Source: Candidatus Omnitrophota bacterium
GTDB lineage: Bacteria > Omnitrophota > Gorgyraeia > JAHJTE01
Direction of reading: 5' to 3'
Length of the DNA stretch: 64,000 bases
Assembly: GCA_018830005.1 (NCBI GenBank)
Contig: JAHJTE010000001.1
Span: forward strand, 193,332 to 257,331
The notes under the pieces: generated by a model
The model's input: the letters and a program-made list of their open reading frames with translations, nothing else
Database searches by the model: none
What the model was told of the DNA's origin: nothing
In this document: positions 28,532 through 38,175 of the stretch, one piece after another
Layout: each line of letters begins with the position of its first letter
How positions within the stretch are numbered: position 1 is the first letter of the stretch
Position numbers and translations under genes: made by a program

Positions 28532-29396
28532 AGCCTTATTTACTTCAGGACATTCTGCTTGTGCTGGATGCGGCCAGGCAATAGCAGCGCGTTTAGTTGT
28601 TGAGGCCACAGGTGAGAATACTATTATTGCTAATAATACAGGATGTCTGGAAGTATTCTCCACTGCTTATCCCCAGAGCTGCTGGAATGTTCCTTGGATA
28701 CATTCTCTATTCGAGAATGCTGCTGCAGTCTCCAGCGGCATTGAGGCAGCATTAATATATTTAGGCAAAAAAGAAGGCACGACTGTAATCAGCCAGGCCG
28801 GAGACGGAGGAACAGCAGATATCGGCCTGCAGGCACTTTCAGGTATGTGGGAGAGAGGCCATGATATCTTAAGTATCTGCTATGACAATGAGGCCTACAT
28901 GAACACCGGTATACAACGCAGTGGCCTGACACCATTTGATAGTAATACTACAACCAGCCCTCCAGGTAAAGAGTCCTTTGGCAATCCTAAACCAAAAAAG
29001 AACGTCTTAGAAATTGCTGTTGCTCATGGAATTCCTTATGTCGCTACTGCCTCTATAGGATACCCTGCAGATTTGACTCGTAAGATTAAGAAGGCAAAAA
29101 CTATAACTGGACCTAAATATATTCAGATTCATGTGCCTTGTCCTTTAGGTTGGCGTCATGAGCCAGGCGCGACATATGAAATCGCAAAACTTGCAGTTGA
29201 AACTGGCCTTTATCCTTTGGTTGAATTTGAGAATGGAAAATTGACTGGTAAAAAAAGGCTTACTGCCCCAAAGCCAGTAGAAGAATATATGAAGCTACAA
29301 GGCAGGTTTAAACATATATTAAAGTCTACTGATGAAACAGCCAAGGTTCAGGCAATTGCTAATGCCAATATCGAAAGATATCAATTAAAAGATTAG
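28524..29396 (+). CDS. porB: 2-oxoacid:ferredoxin oxidoreductase beta subunit (TPP-binding)
   Basis: 'CAGCG', TPP motif 'GDGGTADIG'. Confidence 0.85.
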   Translation: MSKALFTSGHSACAGCGQAIAARLVVEATGENTIIANNTGCLEVFSTAYPQSCWNVPWIHSLFENAAAVSSGIEAALIYLGKKEGTTVISQAGDGGTADIGLQALSGMWERGHDILSICYDNEAYMNTGIQRSGLTPFDSNTTTSPPGKESFGNPKPKKNVLEIAVAHGIPYVATASIGYPADLTRKIKKAKTITGPKYIQIHVPCPLGWRHEPGATYEIAKLAVETGLYPLVEFENGKLTGKKRLTAPKPVEEYMKLQGRFKHILKSTDETAKVQAIANANIERYQLKD

Positions 29397-29437
29397 TCTC
29401 TTCCCGCCTATAAAACTTTTAACAAGGAGAACTTTTT

Positions 29438-30511
29438 ATGCAGGATTTAAGTTTTTTTAATATTGAAATTTCGCCCTGGATACTTGCTCCTGTTATCTAT
29501 TTTATCTGGGTCAGCTTGCTACTTATTCTTAAGAAGATAGCTTATGCTAGAATGCAGCAGTTAGCAGGCAGGACAGCTTCGGAGCTGGATGATGTATTTT
29601 TAAATGCACTCGATTTTCCGCTCCTGCTTTTGATATTTGTAAGTGGTGCAGTTATTGTGGAGAAGGTTGCGCCGCTTGCCTTAGAGCAAGAATTAACGCA
29701 AGGCTTTGTGATTGCATTTAAGGCCACAACCGTAGTTGCCATTGTCTTGTTTCTGGATAGACTTCTTAGAAATCTTATCCAGGCATATTCTTCAAAAATA
29801 AACATCTTGAAGACTTCCGGGGGTGTAGCCCAGACATTTGTCAGGATTATTGTTTTAGCGCTGGGCCTATTGATATTATTGGACAGCTTCGGTGTATCTA
29901 TTACGCCTGTATTAGCTTCTCTAGGCATAGGTTCTTTGGCAGTAGCCTTGGCCTTACAGCCTACTTTAGAAAACTTCTTTTCGGGAATTCAAATCGTTAT
30001 TGATAAATCTATTAAGGTAGGTCAGTTCATTAAACTTGACTCCGGAGAAGAAGGCTATGTGCAAAAAATCGGCTGGCGCTCTACTTGGGTGAGGATGCTT
30101 CCGAATAATATAGTGGTTATGCCGAATAAAACTCTAGTTAATTCCAAGATAGTTAATTATTATTACCCTGATCAGGAAATGGCTGTCCTAGTTCAAGTTG
30201 GCGTTCATTATGAATCAGATCTAAAGCACGTAGAAAAGGTAACGATGGAAGTTGGTGAGGAGATAATGAAGAAGGTCAAAGGCGGAGTGCCTGAGTTTAA
30301 ACCATTCATCAGATATCACACATTTAATGATTTTAGCATAGATTTTACGGTTATATTGCGCTGCAAAGAATTTGTAGATAATTATCTTATAAAGCATGAA
30401 TTCATAAAAAGGCTTCACGAACGCTACGCAAAAGAAGGTATAAATATACCTTATCCCATACGTGCAATCAATTACTCACAAGAGAAGGCACAGGGTCCTA
30501 TCAAGAAATAA
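29438..30511 (+). CDS. Small-conductance mechanosensitive channel (MscS family)
   Basis: N-terminal TM helices; conserved 'IVVMPNKTLVNSKIVNY' beta-domain. Confidence 0.8.
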   Translation: MQDLSFFNIEISPWILAPVIYFIWVSLLLILKKIAYARMQQLAGRTASELDDVFLNALDFPLLLLIFVSGAVIVEKVAPLALEQELTQGFVIAFKATTVVAIVLFLDRLLRNLIQAYSSKINILKTSGGVAQTFVRIIVLALGLLILLDSFGVSITPVLASLGIGSLAVALALQPTLENFFSGIQIVIDKSIKVGQFIKLDSGEEGYVQKIGWRSTWVRMLPNNIVVMPNKTLVNSKIVNYYYPDQEMAVLVQVGVHYESDLKHVEKVTMEVGEEIMKKVKGGVPEFKPFIRYHTFNDFSIDFTVILRCKEFVDNYLIKHEFIKRLHERYAKEGINIPYPIRAINYSQEKAQGPIKK

Positions 30512-30544
30512 TCACCTATATCCCTTAGAGCCAAGGTTATTGCC

Positions 30545-31564
30545 ATGTTTAAGAATATTCTCATAATTGGGCACTCCAATATTGGTGACGTCTGTTATAA
30601 TTTAACAGTGATTGCGCCATTGGAATCGGCATTCCCTGCGGCACGCATCAGTTTTCTGACTTCTTCTCGGGCAAGAGAGTTAGTTGAAAATTATCCCGGA
30701 ATAGACAGGATTATTACTTTTGATAAACATACAGAGGATAAAGGTATAATTGGACGCCTGCGTTTAATAAAGATATTAAGAGGTGAGAGATTTGATCTTG
30801 CAGTTGTTCTTAAAAAGAGTCTTTTCTTTGTTTTTGCCCGCATTCCTTGCGTCTGGAGGCTGAAGAGAGAAGATGTTTATGATTCTTCAGGTGAGCGGTT
30901 GCATATAGTTTTAGGATATCTCAATCTTTTGCGTTCTCACGGCGTTTCAGTTAAAGATAAACCCGAATTTAATTTTAAATTTAGAAAGCAAGAATTAGAT
31001 TTTGCCGATTCCTTTTTTAAAAAGAACGGAATAGGCAATACAGATACGCTGATAACAATATCACCTCTTTCAAATTGGTCTTTGAAATGTTGGCCCATCC
31101 AGAAGTGGAAGGAACTGATGAAAGCCTTGAGCAGTTTTAATAGAGTGAAAGTACTCATATTAGGTAAGGAGACTGATGATCCTTTCAGTAAAAAGGCAGC
31201 TAGAGAGATATCCGGCTTGGCTATTTCAGCTATTAATCAATGCAGTTTAAAGATGAGCATGGCACTTATAAGAATGAGCAAATTATTTATTTCTTCTGAT
31301 TCGAGCTTACTTCATATTGCAAGTTGTATGAAGATTCCCTCTATCGGTGTTTATGGCCCTACTGCTACAGGTAGCTATTATCCTTTTTTTCATTCTCAGG
31401 AAGTAATAATCGCAAAAAGCCTGCCACCCTGTGCGCCTTGTCTTTCTACTAAAAGATTTGCTCAATGCAGGGCCAAGGATGCCCAGGCGCCGTGTATGCA
31501 GGCAATCAGTGTTGTTGAAGTATTAGAGACGGCCTTAGAAAAGCTTAACCTGCAAAAGTCTTGA
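30545..31564 (+). CDS. Glycosyltransferase family 9 (heptosyltransferase-like)
   Basis: 'ILIIGHSNIGDVCYNLTVIAPL' and C-terminal 'SSDSSLLHIAS' GT9 signatures. Confidence 0.75.
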   Translation: MFKNILIIGHSNIGDVCYNLTVIAPLESAFPAARISFLTSSRARELVENYPGIDRIITFDKHTEDKGIIGRLRLIKILRGERFDLAVVLKKSLFFVFARIPCVWRLKREDVYDSSGERLHIVLGYLNLLRSHGVSVKDKPEFNFKFRKQELDFADSFFKKNGIGNTDTLITISPLSNWSLKCWPIQKWKELMKALSSFNRVKVLILGKETDDPFSKKAAREISGLAISAINQCSLKMSMALIRMSKLFISSDSSLLHIASCMKIPSIGVYGPTATGSYYPFFHSQEVIIAKSLPPCAPCLSTKRFAQCRAKDAQAPCMQAISVVEVLETALEKLNLQKS

Positions 31565-31638
31565 CAGTTTAAGGCTCTCTGATAGAATATCTTCTATTAT
31601 TTTTTTAAGTCCTTACGGACAAAAGAATGGGGGGTTAA

Positions 31639-31821
31639 ATGAAGATTGTTGTTGATGCTGAGACTTGTGTAGGTTGTGGCCTGTGCGAACAAAGTTGTCC
31701 GGATGTTTTTAAGATGGGAGATGATAATATTGCTCAGGTATTAAGGCATGAATGTTCAAGTTGCGATTTGAAAGAAGTTGCAAGTCAATGTCCGGTTGAA
31801 GCAATTAAGGTCGAGGATTAA
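31639..31821 (+). CDS. Small [4Fe-4S] ferredoxin
   Basis: 'CVGCGLCEQSCP' and distal 'CP'; 60 aa. Confidence 0.8.
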   Translation: MKIVVDAETCVGCGLCEQSCPDVFKMGDDNIAQVLRHECSSCDLKEVASQCPVEAIKVED

Positions 31822-31859
31822 GTCTTTAATACCTTAGGAGGGGATTGTTTTAACTGTTA

Positions 31860-33335
31860 TTATTGTTGGATAAGCTTTTTAGAAGAGCTAAGATTAGTTT
31901 TAAGCTTAGCTCTTTGTTTTAATTCCTGCAAGAAATTATAAAAAGATTCTTGTTCTTTTTGCGCTATTAATCTATCGTGATATTCTTCCTTTTTAAATTT
32001 TTTCTCATCTGCACCTTTAAACTCAACTAATCTTATTACATAGCTTGCCTTGGGGCTGCTTGCAATGGCTAACCTTTTGGGACTATCGGCCAAAGAAAAA
32101 GCAGCCTTTGAAAATTCATCCGAAATACCTATGTTTTCCAGATAGCCTCCGTGTTTAAAAAATGGCGTCTGGAGCAAATCAAGATCAAGATCATTAATAA
32201 GCCGTTTAAATTCTAGCTTGGGATTTTCTTCTAATTTCTTCTCTAGGAGATCTTTAATTTCATAGGCCTTTTTTAGCGCGAGTTCTTTGCTCTGCCTTAT
32301 TTTAAGGACATCCATAACCTTATCTTTTGCCTCTTGGAACTCAGGCAGATAGGGTTCTTTTATTTCGATTAATTCTGCTATATAGTAGCCTTGAGTTGTT
32401 TCGATGACCTCACTAATTTCTCCAGGTTTAAGACTAGAGATGGCATTAAGGAATTCCAGCGACCAACCAATATCTGGTATTGGTTGGTCAATACTGAATA
32501 GCCCAGTCTTATTATAAGACAGTGAATGTTCTTTACTTAGAGAGAGAAGATCGCTTTCTTTGGTTTGCTCTAATATTGAAAGCATGAGTTCACGTTTTTG
32601 TGTTTTCTTCTCTTGATTTTCTTCTTGATCAATAGTGATTCCGATATATTCGATGTTGATTTGAGACTGGGTGTAAAAATCGCCTTTATTTGTTTTAAAA
32701 TAATTATTTGCCTCTGAATCACTAATATTTATTCCTTTCTTGAAGGCCTCATTATTAAACGTGACGTAGGCCACCTTAATTTCTTCATTCTCTTTTTTAA
32801 ATTCACGCATTAAATCTGCATCATTTACAGTTACTTTTTTTGTCTTTTCTTTGAGTAATCCTTCGATTTCTAGAGACTCTCGAATATGGCGTTCAAAATC
32901 AGATGTCTTAATACGCAGGCCATAGAGTAGGACCTGTTGATATATCTCATTATTGAATTTTCCGTCTTTTTGAAAAAAGGGATATTCGGAAATTGTCTTT
33001 ACTATATCTTCGTTTGAGACCTTTATTTTTTCCTTGCGGACCTCATGCAGTAATATTAGTCTTTCCCAGGTGCGCTCTTGCAGATTAAGCATTGGTTCAA
33101 CCTGGGAGAAATTATCGCCAAAACGTATAAGCGCCTGAGTGCGCACAGCAATAAAGGCCTCGCGAAAATCATCAACAGAGATTTTCCTGCCGAAAATCTC
33201 ACCTGCGTGAGAAGGGTTCATCTTATCACGAATGAGCGAGCCTGAACCCCAGAGCACGAAGGCCGGTACGATAATTACTGCCAGAAAAAGAAATATTTTC
33301 TTTGCAGTTTTTTTATGTCTTAATTGTTTTAACAT
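31860..33335 (-). CDS. Periplasmic chaperone / peptidyl-prolyl isomerase PpiD-like (SurA N-domain + parvulin)
   Basis: N-terminal TM 'IFLFLAVIIVPAFVLWGS', SurA_N-like region, parvulin-like 'ISEVIETTQGYYIAEL'. Confidence 0.65.
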   Translation of the reverse strand: MLKQLRHKKTAKKIFLFLAVIIVPAFVLWGSGSLIRDKMNPSHAGEIFGRKISVDDFREAFIAVRTQALIRFGDNFSQVEPMLNLQERTWERLILLHEVRKEKIKVSNEDIVKTISEYPFFQKDGKFNNEIYQQVLLYGLRIKTSDFERHIRESLEIEGLLKEKTKKVTVNDADLMREFKKENEEIKVAYVTFNNEAFKKGINISDSEANNYFKTNKGDFYTQSQINIEYIGITIDQEENQEKKTQKRELMLSILEQTKESDLLSLSKEHSLSYNKTGLFSIDQPIPDIGWSLEFLNAISSLKPGEISEVIETTQGYYIAELIEIKEPYLPEFQEAKDKVMDVLKIRQSKELALKKAYEIKDLLEKKLEENPKLEFKRLINDLDLDLLQTPFFKHGGYLENIGISDEFSKAAFSLADSPKRLAIASSPKASYVIRLVEFKGADEKKFKKEEYHDRLIAQKEQESFYNFLQELKQRAKLKTNLSSSKKLIQQ

Positions 33336-33402
33336 AATTTAATCCTTCCCTCAATTAATCTCAAGAGCTAATCTTAACTAATCTTCATTTTTAAGTCAAG
33401 CT

Positions 33403-34737
33403 CTAATTGGCTCGCGGGCAAGATAATCTTTTTATTATTTTAAACTTATCTTTTAATGCAGGAGATTTATAATGATAATATGTGGAAAAGATATCCGGGT
33501 ATTTAATGATAAGCCCTTTCATATCTTTTGTATTTATTAGAAGAGGGCTTGAATCCGGGATTGCGGCCTCAGAAAATCTCAATATTTTTTTATAATAATT
33601 ATAAATCTGTGTATTCGGTAATGGGCATAAGAGGTAAAGTTGCAATTTTATTTTCATAGATTGCAGGTAGGCTATATACGTAATAGTATCCAGGAAATCA
33701 TTTTTGCTTTCAAAAGGGAATCCGTAAATAAAACTTGTACGTACTTCTTTAAAGTATTTTTTTGAAAGTAGTAAAATTCTTGTTGCCTCTTCTATTGTGA
33801 ATCTTTTTTTGATCTTTTTAAGTATAACATTTGAGCCAGATTCAATTCCGTAAGCAATTGCGCCGAAGTTATTCCTGGATAGATCTTTTATTATTTTTTC
33901 ACTCATAAAGTTGATTCTTCCATAGCAGCGGAATTCTATTTTCCTTTTGAATCTCATCTGCCCAGAAAAACTCAAAAAATCATATAGCCTTGATTTATCT
34001 GATAAGAATGTGTCATCTCGAAGATATAATATCTTCGGGCAATTTTTCTGTTTGGATAGATATAAAATTTCGTCTTTAACTATGTTTAGGTTACGTTTTT
34101 CATGTTGCTTAAAATATTCTGGGATACAACAGAAACTACATCTAAAAGGACATCCCTGCCCAGTTAATATCATAATTTTCTTATAAGATTTAAGATTTAT
34201 ATTTTTGTATGCCTCAATAAAGCTATCAGACATAATGTGAGAATGCGTCCTTTTTGGGGTAAATATGACAGAGGGGCCTAATCTAAAGCCGATTCCTTTT
34301 ACTGATAAGTAATTTTTGTTGTGTTTAATTACTTTTAATAATTCCGGTAAGGTTTCTGTACCATCGCCAATAACGATAATATCTATGCAAGGGAAATTAT
34401 CTAGTATTTTTCCTGCCACTAGGCTTGGCCCAATGCCACCTAATATTATTATTTTTTCAGGGGTCTCTTTTTTTATAATCTGGACAATCTCTATAACATA
34501 AGGCAACATATACGAAAAACAGCTTATAGCGATAATATCCGCCGCATTTTTAAAAAAAGAAGCCATATCTTTCAGTGTGTGTTTTTTTCTTGGTTTAAAG
34601 AGTTGGTAATCGCGGAAGTCAACAGTAAAATTATTCTTTGAAAGGGATGCTATCAAGGAAAGACAGCCTAAGGGAAGACTGAGGTGTGCATCTATGCCGT
34701 CAATAAAATTTATTAATGTGATATCTTTATTACTCAT
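33403..34737 (-). CDS. B12-binding-domain radical SAM protein
   Basis: N-terminal cobalamin-binding-like Rossmann region; rSAM cluster 'GCPFRCSFC'. Confidence 0.7.
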   Translation of the reverse strand: MSNKDITLINFIDGIDAHLSLPLGCLSLIASLSKNNFTVDFRDYQLFKPRKKHTLKDMASFFKNAADIIAISCFSYMLPYVIEIVQIIKKETPEKIIILGGIGPSLVAGKILDNFPCIDIIVIGDGTETLPELLKVIKHNKNYLSVKGIGFRLGPSVIFTPKRTHSHIMSDSFIEAYKNINLKSYKKIMILTGQGCPFRCSFCCIPEYFKQHEKRNLNIVKDEILYLSKQKNCPKILYLRDDTFLSDKSRLYDFLSFSGQMRFKRKIEFRCYGRINFMSEKIIKDLSRNNFGAIAYGIESGSNVILKKIKKRFTIEEATRILLLSKKYFKEVRTSFIYGFPFESKNDFLDTITYIAYLQSMKIKLQLYLLCPLPNTQIYNYYKKILRFSEAAIPDSSPLLINTKDMKGLIIKYPDIFSTYYHYKSPALKDKFKIIKRLSCPRAN

Positions 34738-34953
34738 ATAATACCTATAATTTTAGCATAAGATCTTGCAATTAAAAGATAATTGTTGAAAGATAATAAT
34801 CGTTATAACCTATTTTAATTACTACAGTTGCGCTCCCTAGATTATATCTGAGCGCCTGCCTTGATTCAAAAAGAGCTGATTAAAAAATTATTTAATATAT
34901 TTATAAATGCGTTATAATATTGATGTTAATTAAGTTTTATCCCTTATCAATTT

Positions 34954-36234
34954 ATGAAACTATTACCTAAAGAAAATAAACTGTCCCTAATAGCTATTTA
35001 TTCTATTCTTTTTTTCCTGGCAGTCGGCTCTCTTTTTTATGGGTTTTTCGGACACAGGCTCATTGAAGCGATGTATAAGGGCGAGTCGATTGAATTCTTG
35101 AATAAAATCATTGTAGGTCAGGCCAGGCGGCCATTAGAGCATTATTTAAGGACAGCTAATCGGCTCTTCTTTTATTTTTTCTCTTTGTCAGCTTTGCTTA
35201 TAGTATTTATTATGCTTTTTACCTTTGTTGTTAATTATCTAAAAGCACGCAGAAATAAGTTCCTAGCTGATATTTCGCTTGTTTGTCTTACGCTGCTTTT
35301 TCTATTTCTAACCTTAGAGGTTATAGTTAGGACATATTATTTTTTCCAGGGAGAACATAAATTTTATATGTTGGTGGAATCCTTTTATGATTCGAAACTT
35401 GGCTGGAAAGGCAAGCAGATCTTCGGAGATCCAGAAAGCGAAAAATATAAAATCTTTTTTATTGGGGATTCTTTTACCCATGGCTGTGTGCTTAGTGAAG
35501 AACATATGTATTATACAGTCCTTGCAGATAGTCTGGATGCTGAAATATTTGCCTATGGCGCAGGCGGATATGGTACTCTCCAGGAATACCTTATACTCGA
35601 TAAATTCTTCGATGAGATTAAGCCTGATTTAGTTATGCTCCAGGTCTGTGATAATGATTTTGTTAATAATTCCTGGGAACTTGAAAGCAGGAGTTTTTAT
35701 AACAACCATCTCATGATGCGACCTTATTTAAGAGAGGGAAAAATCGAGTATCGCTTTCCCAGGTCCCTGGGAAATATTAGGGTATTCCTTTGCCTTCATT
35801 CAAATCTTTTTTATCTATCATTCAACAGGATAGATAGAATTCTTGCAATTCTGGCCAAAAAAGGCTTACTGCATAGCGTTGAGGAAGATATCAGTAAAAA
35901 AGAATTGGATTTTGTTCCTTTTAAAAGAGCAGTCTTTACTACTAACAGCATAATAGCAAAGATGAAACAGAGAGTTGGTAATACTCCAATAGTTGCCTTT
36001 TCTGTTGATAATAGGCAACCTTATTTTAAACACTTTAGGAGAATCTTTAAGAAAAATAATATTGAATTTATTGAGGCTGTGCCGAAGTTAATAGGAGAAA
36101 GTGAGGAAAAGGGTCTTGGCTTAAGGCTAGAAGAGCCCAGTCCTTTTGCCGGACATTTTAACGGACTCGGCAATAGAATTTGCGCAGAGACCTTGATAAA
36201 GGCAATGGGAGACCTTGGGCTTATACGCAAGTAA
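34954..36234 (+). CDS. Polytopic membrane protein with SGNH/GDSL-hydrolase-like domain (AlgX/AlgJ- or acyltransferase-associated-like)
   Basis: Three N-terminal TM helices; 'IFFIGDSFTHG' GDS(L)-type block. Confidence 0.45.
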   Translation: MKLLPKENKLSLIAIYSILFFLAVGSLFYGFFGHRLIEAMYKGESIEFLNKIIVGQARRPLEHYLRTANRLFFYFFSLSALLIVFIMLFTFVVNYLKARRNKFLADISLVCLTLLFLFLTLEVIVRTYYFFQGEHKFYMLVESFYDSKLGWKGKQIFGDPESEKYKIFFIGDSFTHGCVLSEEHMYYTVLADSLDAEIFAYGAGGYGTLQEYLILDKFFDEIKPDLVMLQVCDNDFVNNSWELESRSFYNNHLMMRPYLREGKIEYRFPRSLGNIRVFLCLHSNLFYLSFNRIDRILAILAKKGLLHSVEEDISKKELDFVPFKRAVFTTNSIIAKMKQRVGNTPIVAFSVDNRQPYFKHFRRIFKKNNIEFIEAVPKLIGESEEKGLGLRLEEPSPFAGHFNGLGNRICAETLIKAMGDLGLIRK

Positions 36235-36279
36235 GGCATTAGAAAATGCTCAATATTATTTAGTTGTCTCCTCAAAAAA

Positions 36280-36288
36280 TGGTATAAT
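36280..36288 (+). promoter_or_regulatory. Extended -10 element TGgTATAAT ~85 nt upstream of the first rSAM gene of the island
   Basis: 'tggtataat' at 36280-36288 in an AT-rich 140-nt intergenic gap. Confidence 0.35.
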
Positions 36289-36373
36289 AGAATCGAAAGC
36301 TTAAAATATCAATTTTAAAGAGTTGTTTTCTCCCCTGATAAAAAAATATAATTTATAGACACCTAGACCAAAC

Positions 36374-37456
36374 GTGAAGCCTCATCTCATAAAGACCAAA
36401 GAAAAAGACAATTATATCCAGCAGCTTGAAGCAAAGCTCCTACCCCGCGGCCGTCCGCTTGCCGGGCAGATTGATGTTACATACCGCTGTAATCTAGCCT
36501 GCCAACATTGTTTTATTGTCCCTGAAGAAAACACTGAGGAACTTAAATTTAGCCAAATAATATCTATTATAGATCAGCTCTATGAGGCAGGCTGCCTTTT
36601 TCTTTACTTTAGCGGAGGAGAACCTTTTTTAAGAGAAGATTTTTTGGATATCTATACTTATGCCAGAAACAAAGGCTTTTTAGTCAGCATATTCACAAAC
36701 GGTACTCTTATAAGCGAGGAGATTCTAGATTACTTAGTTAAACTTCCTCCCTATTCTATCGAGATTACATTAAACGGAATAACCCAAGATGTGTATGAAC
36801 AAATAACCCAAGTTAAAGGTTCTTTTTCAAAAGTGATGAAGGCAATAGAGTTGATTAAAGATAAGAATCTGCCTCTTGTTCTTAAATGTAATGGCATGAA
36901 GATAAATTACGATCAGATTTTGAAGATAGAAGAGTTCTCACAAGATTTATTAGGCAAAAAATACTTCCGCTGTAACCTTTCACTTGATCCTGCAATGGAT
37001 GGTTCAAAGAGGCCGTGTGCTCTTAGGCTTAGTCCTGAAGAGACATTAAATATAGTGCATTCTGATGAGGATATGTTTTCACTCTGCCGAGAAGAATTCC
37101 TGCATCACAAAGATAATTCACGCTTAAAAGATGGCTATCTATTTCCTTGCGGCTTGAGTTATTTTAATATTGACGCTTACGGTAAGATGAGACTTTGTTT
37201 ATTTATCAGAGAGGCCTACAGCGACTTGAAGAAAGAAAAATTCTTAAGAGGCTTTGCAAGAATTTATGAAAATCTTTCCGGACTTAAATTCAAGACTAAC
37301 AGCAAATGTCGAAATTGCAATATAAGTTATCTCTGTCGGCAGTGTCCGGGCAGGGCCTTAGCAGAGAATGTTGATATGGAGGCTCCGGTTGAGTTTTTCT
37401 GCGAACTTGCGCATAAAGAGGCGCAGAGGATGGAAGAGGTTTTAGTTAAAAAGTAA
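36374..37456 (+). CDS. Radical SAM/SPASM-domain peptide-modifying enzyme #1 (GTG start)
   Basis: rSAM 'CNLACQHC' (CX3CX2C); 'FSGGEP'; C-terminal SPASM-like 'CGLSYFNIDAYGKMRLC…CRNCNISYLCRQCP'. Confidence 0.8.
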   Translation: MKPHLIKTKEKDNYIQQLEAKLLPRGRPLAGQIDVTYRCNLACQHCFIVPEENTEELKFSQIISIIDQLYEAGCLFLYFSGGEPFLREDFLDIYTYARNKGFLVSIFTNGTLISEEILDYLVKLPPYSIEITLNGITQDVYEQITQVKGSFSKVMKAIELIKDKNLPLVLKCNGMKINYDQILKIEEFSQDLLGKKYFRCNLSLDPAMDGSKRPCALRLSPEETLNIVHSDEDMFSLCREEFLHHKDNSRLKDGYLFPCGLSYFNIDAYGKMRLCLFIREAYSDLKKEKFLRGFARIYENLSGLKFKTNSKCRNCNISYLCRQCPGRALAENVDMEAPVEFFCELAHKEAQRMEEVLVKK

Positions 37457-37479
37457 AAAATTTAAAGGGAGGTGAACAA

Positions 37480-38007
37480 ATGCTTAAGTTAGATGAAGTT
37501 TATGTAAAAGAGCAAGATTCCTGGGTAAGCAGACATATTTTGGATGAGGTAGTGATTATGCCTTTATGTAGAAGCGCTGATGACATGCAGTATATCTATT
37601 CAATTTCCAATGAGACTGGTTCAAGGATTTGGCAGCTTCTGGATGGTGATAATTCGACCTGGGATATCCAGGAGACAATAAAGTCAGAGTATCAAGGTCA
37701 GTTCGAGGTAATAGAGCGAGAAGTGTTGGGATTCTTGAAAGATCTTTCTGAGGCAGGGCTTATTCGCAAGGCCAGAATTAAACCGAAAACCGAAAACCTA
37801 AACCCGAAACCCGAGATAAAAAAGAAACCCTACAAGAGCCCAGAGATTGCCAAGGTAAAGTTACAGCCTGAGCAGGCAGTCTTAAGTTGCTGTACAATCA
37901 ACGGCGGTTATAAAGGAACCACTGTAAATAGATGCGCTGGTCTATGTCCAATTGATGCTTCATGCAACGCATTATCGGATCAATCCCGTGATGCGCTTGC
38001 CACTTAA
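37480..38007 (+). CDS. PqqD/RRE-like domain protein with Lys/Pro-rich linker and Cys-rich C-terminal tail
   Basis: N-terminal PqqD-like 'ISNETGSRIWQLLDGDNSTWDIQETI…EVLGFLKDLSEAGLI'; tail 'AVLSCCTINGGYKGTTVNRCAGLCPIDASCNAL' (5 Cys in 30 aa); SD 'AAAGGGAGGTG'. Confidence 0.65.
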   Translation: MLKLDEVYVKEQDSWVSRHILDEVVIMPLCRSADDMQYIYSISNETGSRIWQLLDGDNSTWDIQETIKSEYQGQFEVIEREVLGFLKDLSEAGLIRKARIKPKTENLNPKPEIKKKPYKSPEIAKVKLQPEQAVLSCCTINGGYKGTTVNRCAGLCPIDASCNALSDQSRDALAT

Positions 38008-38175
38008 ATAGTGCAACTTGATTATACATGTCTATCCGCTGTAGGTACAGATCAATACAGATTAATCCGCCTAGATCAATAAAGAGCTCTTACATCGCCT
38101 TCCTCATCCTAGCATCTATCTGTCGTTGATATAGAATGAGGTTACGGCAGATAGAGACTAATCAGTGAAAGAAAC

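Noticed and set aside
34826-34851. Inverted repeat gcgctc…gagcgc in the divergent promoter region between the B12-rSAM and SGNH genes
   Set aside because: Short 6-bp stem with a 14-nt loop and no T-tract. It could be an operator but there is insufficient evidence to call it a regulatory site.
38030-38131. 33-codon ORF (MSIRCRYRSIQINPPRSIKSSYIAFLILASICR) in the gap between the PqqD-Cys gene and rSAM #2
   Set aside because: No recognisable Shine-Dalgarno and an Arg/Ile-rich low-complexity translation. Kept only as a low-priority alternative precursor candidate.
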